DNA of 64,000 bases from positions 17,422,001 to 17,486,000 of the forward strand of contig NC_043023.1 of the NCBI RefSeq assembly GCF_006345805.1. The letters run 5' to 3'. Below are positions 12,386 to 27,784 of the stretch, in pieces (position 1 is the first letter of the stretch; every line of letters starts with the position of its first letter). The stretch is from Octopus sinensis (Eukaryota). The position numbers were made by a program, and so were the translations under genes. The notes under the pieces were generated by a model. That model did not search any database. It was not told where the DNA came from and was given only the letters and a program-made list of their open reading frames with translations.

Positions 12386-13121
12386 TGTATGTATGTATGT
12401 ATGTATGTATGTATATGTGTTTGAATGTGTATGTATATATGTTTGTGTATGCATATGTATATATGTATGTATGTATCCTGCATATTTATGTGCTCGCATG
12501 TCCGTGTTTGTGTATGTGTGTGTGTAAGCGTGTGTTTGTATATGTATGCACCTCTGTCTCCTTGTGTGTGCATGTCTGTGTGTGTGTGTGTTATGCAACT
12601 ACGTACCATGTTTGTATGTATGGATGTGCATCTTTATATGTGTTGATCCTTGTCTCCATTTTTGTTTGTTTATACATACAGGCATGCATGTATAGGCAGA
12701 CACACACACTGACTTACACACATGCGCACAAACAAACAAAAGGGGACGCAGTGTAAATAACGGACAGAGTCAAGACTATTGAAAAGGTTGCAAGACGCAC
12801 GAAATTTTTGGAAAATAAAAAATAAGAATAAGTGAAATTTTACCGGTGATTGTGTTACATAAAAAGGCACAAAGAAAATGACTCTCCCCAAACTTGGATT
12901 GGATATGCCAAAAACATTTAAAATAAACAGTAAATGTAGACGAAAAACAAAAAAAAAACACAAAAATCCCCAAAACTTACACTATTGAATTCACTTTTAT
13001 TTTATCAATATCACCTCGTGATAATTATACATACATACATATATACCTACCTACCTACATACATACATACATACATACAACATACATACATACATACATA
13101 ATACATACATACATACAATAC

Positions 13122-13205
<84 letters not shown>

Positions 13206-13548
13206 CATATACAAACACAACACACACATATATATATATATAGTAAATCCCAAAAACGAAGAACAGACACAAAAAATACAAAACGAATTAACGCGAGGAC
13301 GTGGTACATGTAAAGTATTAGCAGACGCTCAGGAAAGAAAGGAAGATGGTTTAACATTTCGAGCAACGCTCTTCCTTCTTCAGAAACAGAGGAATCTCCA
13401 ATAGAAAGGAAGACGGAGGAAGAAAATCGCCAACGATTCACATGTGGTTACATTTTGAATATACATATATAACTTATTTATTTATATTTATATTTATATT
13501 TGTATTTCATATATATATAGGTTCTGCTATCTAATAATCATTATAATC

Positions 13549-13549
<1 letters not shown>

Positions 13550-13612
<63 letters not shown>

Positions 13613-13681
13613 ATTTATATATATATATTTATATATATATATATATATATTATATATATTTATATACATATATTTATATAC

Positions 13682-13712
<31 letters not shown>

Positions 13713-13802
13713 TATATATAAATACATATATATCCATATATATATATATGTATATATACATATATATATATAGATTTATATATATATATATATATGTATA
13801 AA

Positions 13803-13859
<57 letters not shown>

Positions 13860-14132
13860 TACATATAAATATATACGTATATATATATGTGTGTGTATAC
13901 ATATATGTATGTATATATATATGTGTATATATATAGGTGTATATATATATGTATATATATATGTATATATATATTTGTGTATATATATATATAGGTGTAT
14001 ATATATATGTATATATACATATGTATACATATGTATATATATATACACATATATATACATATATATATACATATATATATATATACATATATAGACATAT
14101 ATACATATATAAATATTATATATATATATATG

Positions 14133-14187
<55 letters not shown>

Positions 14188-14190
14188 GAT
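13550..14190. repeat. Long (TA)n-rich microsatellite, representative of many (1-350, 720-1450, 10310-10900, 12320-12760, 33320-34160, 36860-37460, 46410-46870 etc.)
   Basis: Direct reading. These produce most Y/I/C/V/M-rich ORF-track entries. Confidence 0.95.
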
Positions 14191-14601
14191 TAGTAGATAG
14201 CAGAACCCCTCTTTTTTGCACATATTCTTCACGATTGTTGACACTATTTTATTGGATTTGAATTGAAATATTTCGGTACATGGTAATACATAAAAAATAA
14301 TTTGCTGGGATAGAATTATCCTTTAAAATTACACTAATATATTATTACAAGTATTTATTTTTAACTCGTTAGGGTACGATAAAAATCTTCTCACACGGTC
14401 AGAATCTAACAAGTGACCTGTCCGTTGTAGTGTTTTTAACTGATCCCTATGCTGACTCACTCGCACGTTTTATAATTTAATAACTGATGCATTGTTAAAT
14501 TCCTTATTTCAAAGTTTATATTTCACCAGCATACACCGTTTTTAAAAAACTCGGAAAAGCAAGACATTTATCACACACATATATATACATACATACATAT
14601 A

Positions 14602-14697
<96 letters not shown>

Positions 14698-14760
14698 TAT
14701 ACATATATATATCCATATATATTTACATATACATATATATATACATAATACATATATGTG

Positions 14761-14811
<51 letters not shown>

Positions 14812-15528
14812 ACATACATATATATATACACACACACAGAGACACACACACACACAGACACACACACACACACACACATTCGCATCATTTTAATCCTTCT
14901 TATGTTTAATATATTTTCTGAAATATTCTGTTGCACACAAAGACAAGTTTATGTATTTGCTTTCCCAATGTAATATTCAAAGAGTGATTATTCTATGTTG
15001 TTTCTTTGCTGTTGTAATTTTTTCTCTGTGACTCAGTTATTTATTTTATTGTTGTCAAATAAAACATTTTCATCTGAGAAAAAGCCTCGTCTGTCATATT
15101 TCTGAAACACTTCTCTTCTTCTCTATATCAACTACAACACACGACATTAATGTTAAAGGGGTGACACAACCGTAAGGAATCTTATTTGGCAACTGACCGA
15201 ACCAACGATTAAAAGAACTTCTACAAACATTTTAAGATTTGTGATCTATACAACCATTCACCCCACTCTCTCTCTCTGTGAGCTGGTTGAATCGTTAGCA
15301 CGCCGAACGAAATACTTATCGATATTTCATCTGTCGCTACGTTGTGAGATCAAATTCCGCTGAGGTCGACTTTTAAATTCATCCTTTCGGGGTCGATAAA
15401 TTAAGTACCAGTTACGCACTGGGATCAATATAATCGACTTAATCCCTTTGTCTGTCTTTGTTTGTCCCCTCTGTGTTTTGCCCCTTGGATAGTAAAGAAA
15501 TAGGTATTTCGTCCGCTAAAGGCGGTGA

Positions 15529-16998
<1,470 letters not shown>

Positions 16999-17116
16999 TA
17001 TGTATTCATGTATGTTTGAATGTGTGTATGTATGTGTGTATCTATATGTATGTATGTATGTGTGTGTATGTATTCATGTATGTATGTATGTGTGTATGTA
17101 TGTATGTATATATGTA

Positions 17117-17480
17117 CAGGAGTTGGACAAAAATAATGGAAACACCTTAAAATTTCAAACAAATATATTTTAATATGGGGTCGGACCACCTTTGGCAGTA
17201 ATTACAGCTTGAATTTTACGAGGTATAGACGCGTACAAAGTTTGAATCTCTCCGAAAGGAATTTCGAAAGGAATGGCTTCAGCTAAAACAGTCTCCAGTT
17301 CTTGTAGAGATGATGGTGGAGGACATCGACTCCTGACTTGTTTTTTCTATAATGCACCATAAATGTTCAATAATATTAAGATCTGGGGGCTGGTGACCAG
17401 ATAAGATCTTCATCTTCACTACGTTCACTGACTTGGATTTGGATTCTCTTCCTGTACTCATTTACCACAGGTTTTTTGAG
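17117..17480 (-). mobile_element. Tc1-like transposon 3' remnant (paralogous copy ~34160-34500)
   Basis: TA|CAGGAGTTGGACAAAAATAATGGAAACACC TIR-like end. Minus-strand PPDLNIIEHLW and IPRRIQAVI.AKGGPT motifs. Confidence 0.7.
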
Positions 17481-17931
17481 GGCATTTAGTGTAATTTATC
17501 TAGTGTAAAAACTAAAACTTCAAAGCTATCGATATCTTGCCAAGTTAAAAAAAATCGTTTCGCTCACCATGCATCCAAACGCTGTCGACTTGTTTGAAGC
17601 GGTTTATTTGCTAAGATCGATGGATAGAAACAGTTGCTGTTGATAACCTAACAAAGCTAAGGGTAAAACTGATAATTTATTTACCTTCTGAAGAGCAAAG
17701 CATTCTGGAGAGAAAGACAAACGAATATAAGACCTGGAATTTAAGAACTTATTTAATGAAAAGTGAAATTACCTGGCGACGTCTTCTGGAGTAGGAGAAA
17801 AAAAAAGTTCAAGTTGGCCATCGATTTTATAAGAGTGGAAGAACTCGGGAGCGATTGTTTTAAAGACATCGTCTTTTCGAAGCCAATGCAAAAAGAAATC
17901 AACTGTGAAATATCCTGAATTTATTCTTAAA

Positions 17932-20562
17932 CTAGCAGTATCGCCCGGCGTTGCTCGGGTTTGTAAGGGAAATAACTATATAAGCATTTTTAGAGAGTTA
18001 TAGCCAAAAAATAGCAAAAAAATGCATTAAAAATTGAAAAAAAATTAAGGTAAATTTTGTTTAAAAATCGTTGACACATCGTAGATATTTTTTAGAGAGT
18101 TACTTCCCTTATATAAAAGCGAAAAAAATGCATTAAAATGGAAAAATATGATGGTAATTTTTTTTTAAATCGTAGACTCATCGTAGACGCGCGCTAATAC
18201 CCAGAAGGGCTCGATATGAATCACGACTATAAGATACCCGCTTTTGGTTAAACTGCACCGCAAAATGTGGGAGTAGTTGTGTGTCTGTCTCGTAGGAGAC
18301 AGACACACAACTTCACTCTTATATAAAGATGCTTTTTTTTTTCAGTCATAGAGTTAGATTTATGAAGGTCTTCAGTAGAAAATCCTTCGAATTCTGACTC
18401 GCTGCTTGATATAATGAAATTCGTATCCATTTTTTGTCAGAATTACAAATTTTGAAAACACAATAGGAACAAATTTCGGAAAAAAATCTCCCATAATTCA
18501 CGGAATTAAAATTACACTTCGATTTTTGTACAAAACTGTATTTGAAGTGTTTACGAAGTATAATACGTGTTTTCACGAATGTACTAAAGAGATTTACTCT
18601 GATATTCTCATTTAAATATGAATAGGTAAATTCGGGCGGTATGGTAACGAAAGGGTTTATATAAGTGTCGTCTGTTTATACATAAACACTGTTTCATACT
18701 TTCAGTACTGTGTGTGTGCGTTTGCGTGTGCTGTAAACCAGACTAAGAAAAGCATTTGACACACACACCAGAATGTGAGTTTTCTGTAAATTTTGCTTAA
18801 TTGGAGTTTAAATTTTAAAAACTGGACCTGGCATGACCCGATGCGTTCTACTCTTAAAAATGCTAGGTAAATTGTAATTGAAGAAATCCTATATTGTAGA
18901 TTTCTATAACTCCCAAAGGGAGGCAGATAAAATCTGCCTTTTATAATAAGAGATATATATACACACACATACGTAAATTCATATCTATATGTATGTACTA
19001 GCAGTATCGCCCGGCGTTGCTCGGGTTTGTAAGGGAAATAACTATATAAGCATTTTTAGAGAGTTATAGCCAAAAAATAGCAAAAAAATGCATTAAAAAT
19101 TTAAAAAAATTAAGGTAAATTTTTTTTTAAATCGTTGACACATCGTAGATATTTTTAGAGAGTTACTTCCCTTATATAAAAGCGAAAAAAATGCATTAAA
19201 ATGGAAAAATATGATGGTAAATTTTTTTAAAATCGTAGACTCATCGTAGACGCACGCTAATACCCAGAAGGGCTCGATATGAATCACGACTATAAAATAC
19301 CCGCTTTTGGTTAAACTGCACCGCAAAATGTGGGAGTAGTTAGGAATCTAAATCGTAGGAGACAGACACACAACTTCACTCTTATATAAAGATGCTTTTT
19401 TTTTTCAGTCATAGAGTTAGATTTATGAAGGTCTTCAGTAGAAAATCCTTCGAATTCTGACTCGCTGCTTGATATAATGAAATTCGTATCCATTTTTTGT
19501 CAGAATTACAAATTTTGAAAACACAATAGGAACAAATTTCGGAAAAAAATCTCCCATAATTCACGGAATTAAAATTACACTTCGATTTTTGTACAAAACT
19601 GTAGTTGAAGTGTTTACGAAGTATAATACGTGTTTTCACGAATGTACTAAAGAGATTTGCTCTGATATTCTCATTTAAATATGAATAGGTAAATTCGGGC
19701 GGCTTGGTAACTATATATAAGTGTCGTCTGTTTATACATAAACACTGTTTCATACTGCAATTATATATACATATATCTATATATAATATTATATAATAAA
19801 ATATATACAGAGTAAAATAAAAACTAATTTACCTTTTCTGTCCGTCCGTGTGTCTTTGCAAATGTGTTGGAATGATAAGTGAGTTGAGTTTTGGCGCCTT
19901 TTTTACTAATAACAAACACACACGTGTTTGTATGTAGTTGTATGTGTATGTAGTTGTATGTAGTTGTATATGTATGTGTATGCGTGTGTGTGAGGAATGT
20001 CACACACACACTCACGCACGCACACATGTACATCAATGCTTTCGGAGTGATATGTTAAAATATTGAGTTTTCTCGAATTTTGTCTTAATTGGTGGTAAAA
20101 TTGAAAGAAATTTTTTATGGCATCACCCACTGAAGTACTCTGAAAAATCTTAGGTAAATTCTAATTAAAGAAATTGTGTGAGGAGTAAATGGTTATGTAT
20201 TTATTTGTTTCTGTTTGCTGTGTTTTTTTATTTTTTGAGTAGTGGTTTAAATACTTTCAGTTTAGTCTTCCTCAAATCACTCTGTCGCTATTTACTTTCA
20301 TTTTATTCGTTGCACACTGTGTGTGTGCGTTTGCGTGTGGTGTAAACCAGACTAAGAAAAGCATTTGACACACACACCAGAATGTGAGTTTTCTGTAAAT
20401 TTTGCTTAATTGGAGTTTAAATTTTAAAAACTGGACCTGGCATGACGCGATGCATTCTACTCTTTAAAATGCTAGGTAAATTGTAATTGAAGAAATCCTA
20501 TATTGTAGATTTCTATAACTCCCAAAGGGAGGCAGATAAAATCTGCCTTTTATAATAAGAGA
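17932..20562 (-). mobile_element. Composite non-autonomous Helitron insertion: units 17932-18953 and 18998-20562 with a 44-bp spacer
   Basis: On the - strand each unit reads 5'-TC...CCCGAGCAACGCCGGG hairpin...CTAG-3'. The duplicated block has the empty site TAAA|TTATC at 34944, i.e. A|T insertion with no TSD. Confidence 0.88.
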
Positions 20563-21626
20563 TTATCAGAACAAAGAGAATAGGAATAAATAAAAGAAAG
20601 CTTGTTTATCGAGACTAGGAAAAGGGAACATTAAAAGGCAGAAGCTTATTGTTTGCAGTGGGACACGTCGATTTTGCAACTAAAAGTGAAGTTTCCTTAA
20701 CAAACTCTGTAACATTCATGATCCTTAAAGGTAAGTGAATTAATAATATTAAGAATGAAAAGAGAGATAATTACTGAAATTGTTTTTATAATCCTATGAT
20801 ATAAAATACTGTAGCTGACTTGTGCTTTTATTACACTCGGTTTACCATTTTCATTTTCCACTTCCGATGAGAATGGAAAGGACGGAGATGGATTTGTAGA
20901 AATCATGGATCGACTGATCAACTATCCTTTCTACTCTGTCTTGAAACTTAACGTTCTGATTTCGAATTCTGCCGTTATTTAGGATTTAATGTAGATAGAC
21001 AGATTTAAAATAAAGGAATAGAGATGAAAATAGGGTAATAAGTCTTAGGATAAGGATTAGCGAGCTGTTGAATATTAAAATAAATAACACTGGGCAAATT
21101 TTTTCTTGTCTGGTGCCTGGAATATTTCAATGAATTCCAAGTGATTTTGCCTGCTAAATTAGAAACTTACTCCAGTTTTTCTTTATCAGGTCTGGTTTTC
21201 TGACTAGACCTGATAGAGTAAGTATTTTATTCATACAAGAGGCATAAAATATGAATGAATAAAGAGAGATTATTACTGAAATTGTTTTTATTATTCTATA
21301 ATCTACAATACTGTAGCTGACTTGTGCTTTCGTTACATTCGGTTTACAGTTATCATTTCTCGTTTTCTCAGAGAACGGAAAGGACATGGATGGATTTGTA
21401 GAAATCATGAATCGACTGATAAAATATGTTTAGTATTCAGTCATGAAACTTTACATTTTGACTTCGAATCCCGCTGGGATTTAGGATTTAATTTGGATAG
21501 ATTTCAAATAAATGAATTGAAATATAAATAGGGTAATGATTCCTAGGGCAATATTTACGGTGCTGTTATATAACAAATATAACTTTAGGTATTTCATTTA
21601 ATAAAAATAATTATGAAACAATTATA

Positions 21627-21797
21627 GGCGTAGGAGTGGCTGTGTGGTAAGTAGCTTGCTTACCAACCGCATGGTTCCGAGTTCAATCCCACTGCGTGAC
21701 ACCTTGGGCAAGTGTCTTCTGCTATAGCCTCGGGCCGACTAAAGCCATGTGAGTGGATTTGTTTGACGGAAACTGATAGAAGCCCGTCGTATATATG

Positions 21798-21841
<44 letters not shown>

Positions 21842-21904
21842 CATATATATATATGAGTGTATATATATATGAGTGTATATATATATATATATATAATATA
21901 TATA

Positions 21905-21942
<38 letters not shown>

Positions 21943-22207
21943 GTATACATATATATGTGTGTGTGTGTGTGTGTATGTGCGTGTGTGCGTGTTTGTGTGT
22001 CTGTGTTTGTCCTCCCAACAACGCTTGATGACCGATGCTGGTGTGTTTATGTCCCCGTAACTTAGAGGTTCGGCAAAAGAGACCGATAGAACAAGTACTA
22101 GGCTTACAAAGAATAAGTCCTGGGGTCGATTTGTTTGAGTAAAGGCGGTGCTCCAGCATGGCCGCAGTCAAATGAGTGAAACAAGTAAAAGAGTAAAAGA
22201 GTAAAAG
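21627..22207 (+). mobile_element. tRNA-derived SINE family 1 (GGCGxAGGAGTGGCTGTGTGG head, internal microsatellite, (GAGTAAAA)n tail)
   Basis: Representative copy. Others at ~35981-36400(+), 39970-40385(-), 48000-48705(-), 50657-51272(-), 56985-57375(+), 57425-57937(-), 60210-60845(+), 60890-61320(-), 63195-63625. Confidence 0.85.
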
Positions 22208-22741
22208 AAAGACTTTTCTGATTTCTCTCAGAAAGGTCTCAAGCGACTTAGTCTGTTCATTTCACCTTAAATCTCCAAACGGATGTTTCTCTTGCTTTCA
22301 CTTTCACTTTCCCTGTTTTTACAATTTCTTCTAAACTTATGAAAGACCTTTTCATTCCTTTAATGATTTAAATCCACACCCCTGTCTACAATTCTTTCCT
22401 CATTCATTGACTCAATCTTTTTTCGTATTTCTCAACGTATTCAAGATGGTTATTCTTGAACGCTTTAAAACATATGACATATGAGGTCGTGGTTAAAGTC
22501 GATAAAAATAACAGCTAATCAGGCCTTAAATCCCGCACCAAAATATATTTTCTTTCGTTTTTCGTTGATCGGGTGAATTTCCGTGTATAGAATATAAATT
22601 CGCCAAAATTATTTTAAAATTCCCCAAAATGAAAAAAACGTTATGAGGTGTTATATATATGTATGTGTGCGTGTGTATGTGTATTTGTCTGCGTGTGTGT
22701 GTGTATATGTGAATATATATATATGTATAATATATATATAC

Positions 22742-23040
22742 GTGGAGGCGGAATGGCCTAGTGGTTAGGGCATCGGACTCGCGGTCGTAGGATCACGGTT
22801 TCGATTCCCAGACCGGGCGTTGTGATCGTTTATTGAGCGAAAACGAGGCTCCGGCAGAGTGGTGGTGGCGATCCCTGCTGTACTCTTCGCCACAACTGTC
22901 TCTCACTCTTTCTACTGTTGGCCTGCTCGCTTAGCCAGTGGGGTGGCGTCACTTGAAGGCTAAAACAAAATGAGGCGCATTGTGACCAGTGATGTGTAAC
23001 AACATCTGATAGCCTGGTCGGTCACGGTGATCACGGTGAT
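22742..23040 (+). mobile_element. tRNA-derived SINE family 2 (GTGGAGGCGCAATGGCCCAGTGG head)
   Basis: A and B boxes present. Others at ~43715-44112(-), 50244-50640(-), 53059-53444(-), 59320-60045(-, tandem pair with a different tail). Confidence 0.85.
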
Positions 23041-23137
23041 ATATATATACATACATATATATCTGTGTGTGTGTGTGTAGATAGATAGATAGATAGAGAT
23101 AGAGATATAGATATATATAAGAACACACACACATCCA

Positions 23138-23198
<61 letters not shown>

Positions 23199-23314
23199 CC
23201 AACATTTGTTTTTCCTATGTCTAAGTTCCTGTAACATAGCAGTTCGGCAAATAGGTCGGAAGGAATAAGTGGTATTCTCGAGAAAGAGAAATACTGGAGT
23301 CGGTCTGCATATTC

Positions 23315-23345
<31 letters not shown>

Positions 23346-23378
23346 CATACATACATACATACATACATACATACATAC

Positions 23379-23414
<36 letters not shown>

Positions 23415-23469
23415 TAATACTATTATCATTATTATTATTATTAATATTATTATTATTATTATTATTATT

Positions 23470-24008
23470 GAGTGAGAGAGCAGTTCATGCCATGAAAGTG
23501 ATACTGGGGTAAAATATACGAAGCGCAATATACCCATCATGACTACCCGTCTGATAAGGGTACACCAGGTACATGCATCACAACCATATGTGCGCGACAT
23601 GGTGATCTCATATCAAGATAAACATCACATGACCTTGTAGGTGGGGCCCAGTTAGAATTTTCTTCAGGTTGAGTAGCCGATTCCGCTCAAAAGGTCCCTG
23701 AATAAGGATTGTTTAAGGATGTTGAAAGAACCACCCAAGTTTCCAGAGGTGAATTATTCAAACCCCAAAGAATCCCTCTCAACACATGGCTATGTTGCTC
23801 CCCCACTACTTCTGCCACTACGTCAGCCACTAAGGGACATGCTCAACTGGTTAATGTCAAACAACTGACAAGCAAATCTGTAGTATTCAGCAGAATATTT
23901 GCTGTAGCCCATCATTTATACCGAGAAAAAACAATGTACATGATAAAACTTCCAATCAATTAAGATCAGAAGCCATGAGAGCCACTGCCTGGTACTGCAT
24001 CAGGGCAT
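23470..24008 (-). mobile_element. Probable fourth SINE-like repeat with (TAA)n tail
   Basis: tRNA-like 5' end on the - strand (GCCCTGATGCAGTACCAGGCAGTGG), ends in the (ATT)n tract at 23380-23470. Single copy here. Confidence 0.5.
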
Positions 24009-24020
24009 TTATTATTGTTA

Positions 24021-24080
<60 letters not shown>

Positions 24081-25103
24081 GATAGCAGAACCTTTTGTTG
24101 CCCATGTTCTACACGATCGTTGTTGTTGACTTTACAGTATCGGATTTGAATCGAAATATCTTGGTACATTGTAATGTAAGAAATCAAACAATTGACCTGT
24201 CCGTCGTAGCGTTTTTAACTGACCACAATGCTAACACTCTGGCACATTTTACAATATAAAAACCGGCGTTAAATTTTCTTATTTCAGAGTTTATCTTTTT
24301 CATTAGCATATACCATTGTTCAGCTCGGAAATGCAAAATATTTATCACATATATACATATACACATTCGCATCATTTTTATCCCTTCTTATGCTTAATAT
24401 ATTTTCTGAAACATTCTGTAGCACACAAAGACAAGTTTATGTTTTTGCTTTCCCAATGTAATATTCAAAGAGTGATTATTCTATGTTGTTTCTTTGTTGT
24501 TGTAATTTTTCTCTGTAACTCATTTATTTATTTTATTGTTCTTATATAAAATATTTTTTATCTGAGAAAAAGACTCGTCTGTCATATTTCTGAAACACTT
24601 CTCTTCTCTATATCAACGACAAGATACAACATTAATGTTAAAGTGGTGACTCCACCGTAAGCAATCTTATTTGGCAACTGACCGAACCAACGCTTAAAAA
24701 AGCTTCTACAAACCTTTTAAGGTTTGTGATCTATACAACCATTCACCCGATCCTCTCTCTCTGTGAGCTGGTTGAATCCTTAGCACGCCGGGCGAAATAC
24801 TTAGCGATATTTCATCTGTCGCTACGTTGTGAGTTCAATTTCCGCCGAGGTCGACTTGGCCTTTTATTCTTTCGGAGTCGATGAAATAAGTATCAGTTGA
24901 ATACTGGGGTCGAAGTTATCGACTATCCTCCATCTCCCAACTTTCAGGCCCTGTGCCTATAGTAGAAAAGGATTATAATTACTATGAAGGATAAGGTAGC
25001 GAGCTGGGAAGGTCTGTGTGTGTGTGTCTGTGTGTGTGCACGTGTACGCGCGCGTGTGTATTTATGCGTGTATATGTATAGGCGACAACCCTAAATACAT
25101 ACA

Positions 25104-25201
<98 letters not shown>

Positions 25202-25439
25202 ATAATATATAAATACGCATGTATGTATGTGTGTATTATTTATGTATGTATTCATGTATAAAAAGTTTAATATACTTTTTGATAGTTATATATATTTAAT
25301 AATAATAATAAATAATAATAATATGAAATATAAAAAATAAAAAAAAATATAAATACATATATATATATATATATAAATTTATAAATATGAATTAATAAAA
25401 CTTAGATGAAACTTTGATATGTTTCGACCAATGATTGGT

Positions 25440-26310
25440 CCAGGCCATGTCTAACTTAATAGCACCACCTGATGGGATTATTTGAATCCAGTTTAAGTCA
25501 AGTTTTGTTTATGGTCCATTCAAGTTGTGAGTTTTTGTTGGGTGAGTTGTATCCAATTATGGGTGGCTTATCTGGTATTCCTTGATGGAATCTATCCAGA
25601 CTCCGTTTAAAGTTGATGGGATCCTTTTCCTCTTTGATCCCTTTCGGGACAATGTTAAATAGGGCAGGGCCTGTTGAGGAAAAGAAATTATGTTGTAGTG
25701 TACATGTATGCTGTGATCTTGAATTGAGCAGGGGACGTATGGCCCGTGGTCCCAGTCTTGGATGAACATTGAAGCTAATGTTAAGTTCGTTTGGGCAAAG
25801 TTGGCGGTATATTCTCCACATCGTACAAATTATGTACCGCTCACGGCGACGCTGGAGAGAGTAAAGTTTCAAGGCTTTAAGGCGATCCAAATAATCGAGA
25901 GCAGCCATGCCTTCAATTCGTTTAGTGAGTACCCTCTGAGGTGACTCAATCCTGGAGATGTTTTGTCCTGTATGGGGAGACCACAGTGGGCAGCAATATT
26001 CGAGGTGTGGCCGAACAAAGGAGGAGAAAAGTGGTATGATGACACCTTGTTCTCTGGGCTGGAAAGTTCTTAAGATCCAGGAACTCATCCTACGAGCTAT
26101 ATCGACCTTCTTCTTGATGTGTGCACTCCAACTGAGATCATCATCAACAATTACACCCTGATCTCTGATATCGTTAGAGGCTGTGAGCGGTTCCCCTGAA
26201 GGAAGAGAGTATGGCTGTTTTAGTGAGGAATTTCTTCCAAAATGCATCAGCTCAAATTTTCCCTCATTCAGTTGCATTTTGTTTCTGTCTGCCCATTGAC
26301 TCACAGCATA
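25440..26310 (-). mobile_element. CR1-clade LINE 3' fragment, copy 1
   Basis: 268-aa ORF: LNEGKF...DLSWSAHI...ILRTF...VRPHLEYCCPLWSP...RLKALKLYSLQRRRERY. Confidence 0.9.
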
Positions 26311-26472
26311 TATAATAATTTAAAATTTTTAACTTTAAATTTAAATAATTTAAATTTTGAAATTTATATTTTATATTTTGTATGTTATATTAATTAATTT
26401 TATTTCTATGTTTTGGTTTATGTTTTTCACTGTTTGATTTGCCTAATAGTGGTTTTATCTCTAATTTAATTT

Positions 26473-26536
<64 letters not shown>

Positions 26537-27482
26537 TTATATATGTATATATATATATATATAAACGCATAACTACACACACACACGTGTACACGTCCAC
26601 ACACACCATCCTCATTAAAATGATACATCTGCAATCGCATGAAAAAATCACAAATGAAATGAATTTTAACGATAGGAAAAAAGCCTCATTAATTTAGAAA
26701 AGTAACAAGTTCGAACACGAAATATTCGTGAAGTCTTTACAACGCTGAGGCATAATCACTTTGAAAGAATAAATTGAAAATATTAATCAATAATATCCGG
26801 CTGCTGATTGTGATAAACATCCTTGAGTCTATTCAATATGTAGTCAACCGTGATTTATTTGTTGAAAGTATATTTTCTATCTTTCATCTTAAGTAGACAT
26901 GTTTTCCGTGGATTATTATATAGTCAAGTTCTTAGTATCGATTAGTATCCAGAAGTGATAAGATACTCACAATCAGGGAAAATGATTATTGTTTTATTGA
27001 ATATTAAAATATAATCCCAACGTTTATAATTTTTTTCCTCAGTGAATGTGCGTTGCTTAGGGGTCAGGATTTTCACTCACGATCCTCTGAATGTGCGATC
27101 GATTTGTGATCTATACAACCATTTACCCGACCCTTTCTCTCTGTGAGCTGGTTGAATCGTTAGCACGCCGGGCGAAATACTTAGCGATATTTCATCTGTC
27201 GCTACGTTGTGAGTTCAAATTCCGCCGAGGTCGACTTGGCCTTTTATTCTTTCGGGGTCGATGAAATAAGTACCAGTTGAATACTGGGGTCGAAGTAATC
27301 GACTATCCTCCATCTCCCAACTTTCAGGCCCTGTGCCTATAGTAGAAAAGGATTATAATTACTATGAAGGATAAGGTAGCGAGCTGGGAGGGTCTGTGTG
27401 TGTCTGTGTGTGTGCACGTGTACGCGCGCGTGTGTATTTATGCGTGTATATGTATAGGCGACAACCCTAAATACATACATGA

Positions 27483-27556
<74 letters not shown>

Positions 27557-27784
27557 TATATATATATAAATACGCATGTATGTATGTGTGTATTTATGTA
27601 TGTATTCATGTATAAAAAGTTTAATATACTTTTTGATAGTTATATATATTTAATAATAATAATAAATAATAATAATATCATGAAATATAAAAAATAAATA
27701 TAAATATATATATATATAAAAATTTATAAATATGAATTAATTAAACTTAGATGAAACTTAGATATGTTTCGACCAATGATTGGT

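Noticed and set aside
25400-25460. GACCAAT/ATTGGTC hairpin followed by GAAAC on the minus strand (also ~27760)
   Set aside because: No recognisable NUGANNA core upstream.
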